From Nanobdellota archaeon (GTDB lineage Archaea; Nanobdellota; Nanobdellia; Nanobdellales; Nanobdellaceae), in contig AP031373.1 in assembly GCA_042850255.1 (NCBI GenBank), forward strand, positions 390,001 to 422,000: 32,000 nt of DNA, written 5' to 3'. The notes under the pieces are model-generated. The model did no database searches, was not told the origin of the DNA, and was given only the letters and a program-made list of their open reading frames with translations. The position numbers and the translations under genes were made by a program. Position 1 is the first letter of the stretch, and every line of letters starts with the position of its first letter. Shown piece after piece: positions 25,576 to 31,949 of the stretch.

Positions 25576-26433
25576 TTAATTTCCTACCTTTTCCTTTAAT
25601 TTATTTGCAATGATATACGTATTCTTTAGTAATAATTTTATATTGTCTTTTGATGGTATTCCTTCCTTTATAGATAACTTTATAGTATTTTGATATGTTT
25701 TCTTCAACAATAATTTTATATTTTCTTTTGTTGGATATACTATTTGTATTGATAATGCTAAGGATTTTCTAAATGCAGATCTTAATTGTTCTATATAAGT
25801 TTCTAATGGTGTTGATAATATATCTTGAGTATATAATGTTTTTCCATCATATACTACTAATAATTTTACCTTTACTGGTATGGGTACTATATTAAATTTT
25901 TGGAATAGTGATACTAATCCTTCATCTACAGCTTGTCCTTTTTTAGCTACTACAACATCTTCTACAATTGCAATTTTTCCACCCTCTACTTTTGTTTTTA
26001 TATTATATTTCTTCAATTCTGTTAATACAGGACCTGGGGTTAAATTAGTAGGACCTGCTTTTATTACTACATCTTCTTCTAAAACATCTCCAACTCTTGC
26101 ACTTCTATAACTCTTATTTTCTTCTAATATTTTATTTAATACAAATGGATTTACTTCTTCTTTTGGTAATATTAACATTATAGTTATTCTTTTTTCATTT
26201 TCTAGTATATCTATCATCTTTTTCAAATTTTCATTATTTAATTTTTCTAAAGTTTTTATTAATAAGCTCTTTTTAACTACTTTTATATTAAATCCCATAG
26301 ATCTTAATTTTTTCCTTATTTCTTGTAAAGCACTTGTTGGTATATCCATTACATTAGCTATTCCTATTATTTTACTCTTTGATATTATATCATACAAATT
26401 ATTTACATAAACAATTTTTTGTTGAGATACCAT
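25576..26433 (-). CDS. rpl10: Ribosomal protein P0 (uL10), short form lacking the C-terminal acidic tail
   Basis: 285 aa. The N-terminal uL10 pattern is IIGIANVMDIPTSALQEIRKKLRSMGFNIKVVKKSL. The spine helices YPTKENIKLLLKKTYQNTIKLSIKEGIPSKDNIKLLLKNTYIIANKL match the P1-binding repeats of archaeal P0. The protein ends at KEKVGN. Confidence 0.85.
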   Translation of the reverse strand: MVSQQKIVYVNNLYDIISKSKIIGIANVMDIPTSALQEIRKKLRSMGFNIKVVKKSLLIKTLEKLNNENLKKMIDILENEKRITIMLILPKEEVNPFVLNKILEENKSYRSARVGDVLEEDVVIKAGPTNLTPGPVLTELKKYNIKTKVEGGKIAIVEDVVVAKKGQAVDEGLVSLFQKFNIVPIPVKVKLLVVYDGKTLYTQDILSTPLETYIEQLRSAFRKSLALSIQIVYPTKENIKLLLKKTYQNTIKLSIKEGIPSKDNIKLLLKNTYIIANKLKEKVGN

Positions 26434-26434
26434 T

Positions 26435-27088
26435 TTATAATATTCTAATAGAATCGCTCATTGTTAGCTTTAAATATATACTTCTAATGCTGTTTTTTCC
26501 TCCAGGTATTCTATTTAATAAGAAATCTATTACAGCATCAGCATTATCCTTAATATCTTCATATTTCATTTCTTCTGTACCTATTGGAATTCCAAAGGTT
26601 TTATGATTTTTTATTACAATCCTAACAATTTTTTGCATTCTTTCATATAAACTTCTTAATCCTTCTTGATTTACATTATCAGGAAATACCATACCATGTT
26701 TTGGGCTTGGCATTTTATTTTTGGTAGATAAAAATTTACCCATGTATCTACCCAAATCTGCCATTGTTGAAGCTTGTGCAACAAATATATAATATCTTCT
26801 AACTATTTTTTTGGTTTCCCTTTTATTTTCAGATAATTCTTTTAATTTATCCTTTACAATAACATAATCAAATATTTCTTTAGCAGGTTTTTCTAATTCT
26901 GGTCCTACAACTGCACATATTTTTATCTTTTTTCCTCTTCCTTTTGGTAATTCAAAATATTCTGTAAATCTATTTTCACTTTTATTTAGATCGTAATCTT
27001 TCTTTAAATTTACTATTAATTCTACTGTCTGTTTAAATTTTCTCTTTTTTGATTTCTCTATAAGAGATTGAATGCTTTTAACATCCAT
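26435..27088 (-). CDS. rpl1: Ribosomal protein L1 (uL1)
   Basis: 217 aa. KRKFKQTVELIVNLK, FELPKGRGKKIKICAV, YYIFVAQASTMADLGRYMGKFLSTKNKMPSP give the uL1 pattern. Confidence 0.9.
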   Translation of the reverse strand: MDVKSIQSLIEKSKKRKFKQTVELIVNLKKDYDLNKSENRFTEYFELPKGRGKKIKICAVVGPELEKPAKEIFDYVIVKDKLKELSENKRETKKIVRRYYIFVAQASTMADLGRYMGKFLSTKNKMPSPKHGMVFPDNVNQEGLRSLYERMQKIVRIVIKNHKTFGIPIGTEEMKYEDIKDNADAVIDFLLNRIPGGKNSIRSIYLKLTMSDSIRIL

Positions 27089-27126
27089 AGAAAGAAAAAA
27101 TAGGAAATATATTTAAAAATCTATAT

Positions 27127-27279
27127 TTATTTACCACTTAACATTTTTATTATATCCTGTAAATTATAACTTTTAGCTAGGTATTTTTTGATATAATATC
27201 TTATAATTAAATAAACAAATAAGATTGACACTACTATTCCAACTACAAATCCTATTAAAAAGCTTATTATATCAAACAT
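27127..27279 (-). CDS. Unannotated 50-aa single-TM small protein between rpl11 and rpl1
   Basis: Hand translation gives MFDIISFLIGFVVGIVVSILFVYLIIRYYIKKYLAKSYNLQDIIKMLSGK*. Its ATG overlaps the rpl11 TAA by 1 nt (TAATG). It is below the ORF-track length cutoff. Confidence 0.35.
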   Translation of the reverse strand: MFDIISFLIGFVVGIVVSILFVYLIIRYYIKKYLAKSYNLQDIIKMLSGK

Positions 27280-27758
27280 TATTTAATTAAATTATCATAT
27301 TTACCTTCATCTACTTCTTTTATAACTTCTTTTGGATTTTTTCCATTTACTGTTAATCCTAAAGATAAAGCAGTTCCAATTACCATTTTTACTGCAGATT
27401 TTAAATCATTTGTATTTAAATCTTTCATTTTCATCTTTGCAATTTTTACAATTTTTTCTAATGATATATCTCCTAATATTTCTGTTCCAGTAACTCTTTT
27501 TGCTACATCAATTCCAACTTCTTTTTTTAATAATGAAGATGTTGGAGGTAACCCTACTTCTATTTCATATTTTCTAGTATCAGTATCTACAATTATTTTT
27601 ACAGGAACTTGTAATCCTTTAAATTCTTTTGTAGCTTCATTAACTTTACTAATTACCTCTCCAACATTTAATTTTAATTGACTAAGTTTAGGTCCAATGT
27701 TTGGTCCAGGTTTAGCATTTCCACCTTCTACTAATAATTCTATTACTTCTTTTCCCAT
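27279..27758 (-). CDS. rpl11: Ribosomal protein L11 (uL11)
   Basis: 159 aa. LLVEGGNAKPGPNIGPKLSQLKLNVGEV, VPVKIIV and EVGLPPTSSLLKK give the uL11 pattern. Confidence 0.9.
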   Translation of the reverse strand: MGKEVIELLVEGGNAKPGPNIGPKLSQLKLNVGEVISKVNEATKEFKGLQVPVKIIVDTDTRKYEIEVGLPPTSSLLKKEVGIDVAKRVTGTEILGDISLEKIVKIAKMKMKDLNTNDLKSAVKMVIGTALSLGLTVNGKNPKEVIKEVDEGKYDNLIK

Positions 27759-27769
27759 TTACATACAAA

Positions 27770-27789
27770 TTTTAAAATATATTTTAAAA
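27770..27789. promoter_or_regulatory. Perfect 20-bp palindrome: symmetric bidirectional TATA promoter for rpl11 and secE
   Basis: TTTTAAAATATATTTTAAAA is its own reverse complement. Its centre (27779/27780) is equidistant, 21.5 nt, from the rpl11 ATG (27758) and the secE ATG (27801). Each half-site centre lies about 26-27 nt from the farther ATG. Confidence 0.45.
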
Positions 27790-27800
27790 CTTTAGTTATT

Positions 27801-27992
27801 ATGGGTATACTAGATACTATAAGAGAAATGAAAGATGTATATGATACTGCCACTAAACCGAAGTGGAATGATATAAAAAAATTAGTATATATAACTTTAT
27901 TGTTCTTTTTATTAGTTATGGTAATATCATTACCTATATTTATAAGTTTACAGTATAGTATATTGGTATGCCAATATACACCGTTGTTGTAA
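27801..27992 (+). CDS. secE: Preprotein translocase subunit SecE / Sec61-gamma
   Basis: 63 aa. ATKPKWNDIKKLVYITLLFFLLVMVISLPIFISL has the conserved KP motif followed by a single TM. It lies immediately upstream of spt5, as is canonical. Confidence 0.7.
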   Translation: MGILDTIREMKDVYDTATKPKWNDIKKLVYITLLFFLLVMVISLPIFISLQYSILVCQYTPLL

Positions 27993-28405
27993 CATCTGGA
28001 AAGGAAGAATTAGTAGCTGATATTATAGCAAGTGAAGCAAAAAAAAGAAATTTAGAGATATATTCTATATTGCAAATACCTGGAGTTAAAGGTTATATTT
28101 TTGTAGAAGCTGCAAATTCATTAGAAATTCAAAGAGCCATAATTGGAATAAGACATGCTAGAAAAGTAATGCCTCAAGAAGTTAATATAGAAGAACTAAC
28201 AAAATACTTCGAAGAAGAAAAGGTAGAGTTTAATATAGGAGATATTGTAGAAGTATTGTCTGGAGCATTTAAGGGAACAAAAGGAAAGATAGTAAATATG
28301 GATAATAAGAAAAATGAAGCTACTATAGAATTAATAGATGTACCAGTCCCATTACAATTAAATATACCAATAAATAATCTAAAATTAATAGAAAAATCTA
28401 AATAA
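27968..28405 (+). CDS. spt5: Transcription elongation factor Spt5 (archaeal NusG)
   Basis: 145 aa. The NGN domain starts MPIYTVVVTSGKEELVADII. The KOW motif is GDIVEVLSGAFKGTKGKIVNMD. Confidence 0.85.
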   Translation: MPIYTVVVTSGKEELVADIIASEAKKRNLEIYSILQIPGVKGYIFVEAANSLEIQRAIIGIRHARKVMPQEVNIEELTKYFEEEKVEFNIGDIVEVLSGAFKGTKGKIVNMDNKKNEATIELIDVPVPLQLNIPINNLKLIEKSK

Positions 28406-29474
28406 CTTCTATACCTAATTCGTTTTCCAATTTCTTTTGCTCTTCTGGTTTTGTTTCTTGTGGAGTTCCAGATTTTATTCCCAATATAAATGATGGTATA
28501 CTCTTTAATCTTGTAATTGTTAAAGATACTCTAATATAATTCTTTTTATCTTCTTCAAATGTAATTCCTTGTATTAATTTTGCTTTAGGATCTAATACAG
28601 ATTTTACAGTATCTAGTATTTTATTAATATCTGCAGGTGTAACATCTGGAGATGCTGTAATTCTGACTAATGCTGCTCCTGCTCCAGTAGCATCTACATC
28701 TATTAATGGATTATTTAATGCTCTCTGTACCGCCTCTGCAGCTTTGTTTTCTGAATTTGATTCTCCAGATCCAAATATACCATATCCAGCATTTGCTACT
28801 ATTGATTTGAAATCTGCGAAATCTACATTTATATAACCAGGTTTTGTTAGTAGTTCAGTTAAATCTTTTAAAGCATTTGCTAGTAAAGAATCTGCAACTT
28901 TAAATGCTTGCATTAATGGAATATTTGGATATAATTGTTGTAATTTATCATTAGGAATTATTATTAACAAATCTACATTTTTTTCCAATCTTTCTAAAGA
29001 ATATAAAGCATTATCCCATATATTTGCACCTTCTGCAGAGAAAGGCCATGTACATATTGCTATTGTTAATGCTCCCATCTTTTTTGCAATTTCTGCAATT
29101 ACGGAAACGGATCCCCCACCAGATCCTCCTCCTAGACCACAAGTTAAGAATACTACATCTGCACCTTCTAATGCTTTCTTTATTTCTTGTTCAGATTCTT
29201 TTGCAGCTTCTTCTCCAACTTTTGGATCTTTTCCAGCACCCAAACCTTTTGTTAATTGTTTTCCAATTAAAATTTTTTTATGTGCTTTTGTAATAAGTAA
29301 ATGTCTAACATCAGTATTAATTGCAATTAATTCAGGACCTTCTATACCCATACTATACAATGTAGATATTGTATTGCTACCCCCACCACCACATCCAACA
29401 ACTTTTATTCTCTTTGTAGCTTGTGCTAGATATTCTTCTAACTCTTTATCAAAAACTTCAATATTATCTGCCAT
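28398..29474 (-). CDS. ftsZ: Cell division GTPase FtsZ
   Basis: 358 aa. IKVVGCGGGGSNTI, AINTD, GLGAGKDPKVGEEAAKES, GADVVFLTCGLGGGSGGGS, IIPNDKL and NVDFADFKSIV are the FtsZ motifs. Confidence 0.9.
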   Translation of the reverse strand: MADNIEVFDKELEEYLAQATKRIKVVGCGGGGSNTISTLYSMGIEGPELIAINTDVRHLLITKAHKKILIGKQLTKGLGAGKDPKVGEEAAKESEQEIKKALEGADVVFLTCGLGGGSGGGSVSVIAEIAKKMGALTIAICTWPFSAEGANIWDNALYSLERLEKNVDLLIIIPNDKLQQLYPNIPLMQAFKVADSLLANALKDLTELLTKPGYINVDFADFKSIVANAGYGIFGSGESNSENKAAEAVQRALNNPLIDVDATGAGAALVRITASPDVTPADINKILDTVKSVLDPKAKLIQGITFEEDKKNYIRVSLTITRLKSIPSFILGIKSGTPQETKPEEQKKLENELGIEVI

Positions 29475-29570
29475 TAATCTTTTATAAAAATAAAATTAAT
29501 AAAATTATCTATTTTAGATAATCGATTTTGTATAATAATATATAAATTTTATTCTTAATTTCTTTCATTT

Positions 29571-30149
29571 ATGGTAAAATGGATTGAAATTGAATACCAA
29601 ATATATGATGAAAATGGTGCTTTAGTAGAAAAAACAAACGAACCTGTAATTTTACCTTTAGGGTATGGAATATTGAACAAAGAAATTGAAGAAAAATTAG
29701 CATCTTCTGAATTTGGAAAAGAATATAATTTCTTATTAAAAAGACCTTTTGGAGAAAGAAATCCAGATTTAGTGAAAATTATACCTATATCTGAATTTTA
29801 TAAGAGAAATATAAATCCTGTACCAGATTTAGTTGTAAATGTAGATGGAGCAATTGGAATTATAAGATCTGTAAATAGTGGAAGAGTTATTGTTGATTTT
29901 AATCACCCATATGCTGGTAAAGATTTACTATATGTAATAAAATTAAATAGAGAAGTTACAGATTTAAAGGAAAAAATTATTGGAATATTAAGTATTACTT
30001 ACAATATATCTAAAAATAATTTTGAAGTAAATATAGATGATAATAATAAAAAAATTGTTATTAATGTTAAAGATCTAAATTTAAGTAAGGAACAAAAAGA
30101 AATAATAAAAAAGTTTATACCTGAGATAAAAGATTATAATATAGAGTAG
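29571..30149 (+). CDS. FKBP-type peptidyl-prolyl cis-trans isomerase (SlyD-like)
   Basis: 192 aa. IEYQIYDENGALVE, VIVDFNHPYAGKDLLYVIKL is the FKBP/SlyD signature (vDfNHPLAGk.L.f). An IF-like insert lies between the two halves. Confidence 0.8.
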   Translation: MVKWIEIEYQIYDENGALVEKTNEPVILPLGYGILNKEIEEKLASSEFGKEYNFLLKRPFGERNPDLVKIIPISEFYKRNINPVPDLVVNVDGAIGIIRSVNSGRVIVDFNHPYAGKDLLYVIKLNREVTDLKEKIIGILSITYNISKNNFEVNIDDNNKKIVINVKDLNLSKEQKEIIKKFIPEIKDYNIE

Positions 30150-30221
30150 GGCCCGTAGCTTAGTTGGTAAAGCGTCGGGCTCTTAACCCGAAGATCGGGG
30201 GTTCGAATCCCCCCGGGCCCG
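30149..30221 (+). tRNA. tRNA-Lys (anticodon CUU), no encoded CCA
   Basis: Hand-folded cloverleaf. Acceptor GGGCCCG/CGGGCCC. D arm GCTT-AGTTGGTA-AAGC. Anticodon arm TCGGG-CTCTTAA-CCCGA. Variable loop AGATC. T arm GGGGG-TTCGAAT-CCCCC. Discriminator G. The first nt is the last nt of the upstream TAG stop. Confidence 0.9.
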
Positions 30222-30431
30222 GGTTCTTATTAAGGTTAAATAGAAAAAGGAATTTACGAGTATGTATATTAGAAGATTTTAAGGAATCCTATATCAAAAA
30301 TTATTAAAACATATAAGATTTCTTGTACTTACTATTAGATATAATAATTTTTTGGAAGTTTATAATCTATAATATGTATAATTAGTCAAAACATTTATTT
30401 GTTGTAATAACAATATTCTTTTATAATAAAG

Positions 30432-30920
30432 ATGGTAAAAACAGCAATAGATTATTCGCATTCAAATATTGAACCAAAATATGTATTTGCCTTAGTGTCT
30501 ACAGCAGATTCTATGATACCTAAATTATCTAATATGCTTATAAACCAATTAAGTATTAAACATTGGGCTAAACTTAGGAAAATAGAAAAGTCTCATTATG
30601 CCGATAAGTTTTTAAGAAAATGGGATGATATAAAAGAGATTTTATATAGGGTAGATATTAAATTTTATTTTGATGATATAATAAAACAAAATAAGGATAT
30701 AATAAATAATTCAACTGAAATTATAATTGATGATACTATATTTTCAAAGTATTTAAGAAAATATGAGGGAAAAGGAAAATTAATATTAGAAAAAGATGCG
30801 CAAGGATTTAGAAAGGCATTTATAGATTTAGCAGATAATATATGTAATATTGTTAGATGGTTATGGAACAAAAAAGATAATTATAAAAAACAAATAATAT
30901 TAGAAAAATTTATTAAATAA
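30432..30920 (+). CDS. Hypothetical protein
   Basis: 162-aa ORF with cytoplasmic-type K/E/I-rich composition. No motif recognised. Confidence 0.4.
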   Translation: MVKTAIDYSHSNIEPKYVFALVSTADSMIPKLSNMLINQLSIKHWAKLRKIEKSHYADKFLRKWDDIKEILYRVDIKFYFDDIIKQNKDIINNSTEIIIDDTIFSKYLRKYEGKGKLILEKDAQGFRKAFIDLADNICNIVRWLWNKKDNYKKQIILEKFIK

Positions 30921-30975
30921 CTCCACCTCCCATTTCATCGCCCCTCCCATATAGGGAGGCCCGCTCCGGGAGGTG
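30921..30975. ncRNA. GC-rich nested-hairpin element, candidate small structured RNA of unknown class
   Basis: An outer 8-bp helix pairs CACCTCCC (30924-30931) with GGGAGGTG (30968-30975). An inner 6-bp helix pairs CCTCCC (30943-30948) with GGGAGG (30954-30959) around ATATA, with an asymmetric internal loop. Minus-strand expression is favoured: a TATA palindrome lies about 27 nt upstream, and a T-run follows in the reverse complement. Confidence 0.3.
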
Positions 30976-30998
30976 TTAAATATAACTTTATATAGTTT

Positions 30999-31018
30999 AT
31001 AAACTTTATAAAGTTTAT
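30999..31018. promoter_or_regulatory. 20-bp perfect palindrome with central TTTATAAA, second unit of an 18-bp tandem repeat
   Basis: ATAAACTTTATAAAGTTTAT is self-complementary. Units AACTTTATATAGTTTATA (30984-31001) and AACTTTATAAAGTTTATC (31002-31019) match at 16 of 18 positions. TATAAAGTTTAT recurs at 31788-31799, where it is the vapBC TATA region. Confidence 0.35.
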
Positions 31019-31139
31019 CTAAATTCAAAATGCTTAACAGCGAGTCTTTTATAAAAACTGATGTGAACAATAATATAAATTTATATAATTAAATAACTTA
31101 TAGAATATATTTAGGAGATAATACACAGAAATTAGAAAA

Positions 31140-31508
31140 TTATTTATGCTTTTTATATTCTTTTAATAATTCTTCATCAAATGTTTCTAAATTTGTATTT
31201 AACCTTAAAGCGGTATGTAATATTATATAATCGTTAAATTCATCATAACTTTTTGGTTTATTATTTATTGAAAAAATTATATCTTCTATTGAATTATCTA
31301 CAAATTCTACTTCTTCAGAATATAATAGATCTTTTATTATTGATAAATCGATATTGCTTTTCTTTAATATATATGTTAATTCTAAAATAGTTACTGTAGT
31401 CATTATTATTTTATCATATTTATTTATTATTTCTACAGCTTTTTTATGATTAGTATCATTTTTAACTAAATATGAAAATATAACGTTTGTATCTAATATT
31501 GAAATCAT
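31140..31508 (-). CDS. vapC: PIN-domain toxin VapC
   Basis: 122 aa. It has the MISILDTNVIFSYL start typical of PIN domains plus downstream acidic residues. It overlaps the upstream antitoxin gene by 4 nt. Confidence 0.8.
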   Translation of the reverse strand: MISILDTNVIFSYLVKNDTNHKKAVEIINKYDKIIMTTVTILELTYILKKSNIDLSIIKDLLYSEEVEFVDNSIEDIIFSINNKPKSYDEFNDYIILHTALRLNTNLETFDEELLKEYKKHK

Positions 31509-31762
31509 TTCTTTTCTATTTTATTTGTTAGTTCATTTATTATTTCATTAATTTCCCTATCAATATCCATACTTTTTATATTTGTACTTTCTATTATTCC
31601 TTCTAAATCTTTTAACTTTTTTCTTTTAGGTATTATTTTTATTTCATTATTATCATAAATCACAATAACTTTATCACCAATTTTTATTCCTAGTTCTTCA
31701 GCTATAATTTTTGGTATAGTAATTTGATAATTCCTAGTAACTTTTACTTCTTGCATTATCAT
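31505..31762 (-). CDS. vapB: AbrB/SpoVT-family antitoxin VapB
   Basis: 85 aa. VKVTRNYQITIPKIIAEELGIKIGDKVIV is the swapped-hairpin AbrB motif. A TATA centre lies about 27 nt upstream of the ATG. Confidence 0.8.
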   Translation of the reverse strand: MIMQEVKVTRNYQITIPKIIAEELGIKIGDKVIVIYDNNEIKIIPKRKKLKDLEGIIESTNIKSMDIDREINEIINELTNKIEKK

Positions 31763-31883
31763 ATAATAGAAATTATTGATAGTAGTATATAAAGTTTATT
31801 GAATACCTCCTTTATCGTATAAATTTTTATATTATTAAATTTATAATATAATACTTAAATTATCAAAAAATCTTAATAATATT

Positions 31884-31949
31884 ATGAAATCTATTTCTCC
31901 AATAATAGCAACCGTTATACTAATTGTTATAGTAGTTGCAAATTTTTAG
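31884..31949 (+). pseudogene. Truncated or frameshifted canonical archaeal type IV pilin N-terminus
   Basis: MKSISPIIATVILIVIVVANF* matches the conserved archaeal pilin N-terminal pattern (K-x-[IV]SPVIAT[VI]LLI). The +1 frame continues LQIFRLVYVFLIDTLSGLFFF to the window end, which is a T10 run. Confidence 0.45.

Noticed and set aside
29505-29521. Palindrome TTATCTA-TTT-TAGATAA in the ftsZ/PPIase divergent spacer as an operator
   Set aside because: Seven-bp arms made of A/T-rich sequence are expected by chance in a roughly 75% A+T genome. The site is not symmetrically placed relative to either ATG. It is kept only as a note.
511-30871. Track ORFs 511..729(-), 685..882(+), 995..1207(+), 3020..3250(+), 6448..6684(-), 6509..6703(+), 7166..7387(+), 9934..10137(+), 11742..11933(+), 11973..12155(+), 12206..12400(+), 13669..13905(-), 13781..13966(-), 14503..14691(-), 16351..16545(-), 21123..21314(-), 21509..21712(-), 21588..21797(-), 25880..26110(+), 26379..26606(+), 29024..29293(+), 30665..30871(-)
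   Set aside because: All are 60-90-aa ORFs lying inside, or antisense to, much longer ORFs with recognisable products or coherent membrane/secreted architecture. Their translations are low-complexity L/I/F/Y/K strings typical of shadow frames in AT-rich DNA.
30222-31139. Integrated mobile element bounded by a repeat of the tRNA-Lys 3' end
   Set aside because: I found no copy of the tRNA 3' half (GGGGGTTCGAATCCCCCCGGGCCC or a substantial part of it) downstream within the window. There is also no integrase or transposase gene in the islet.
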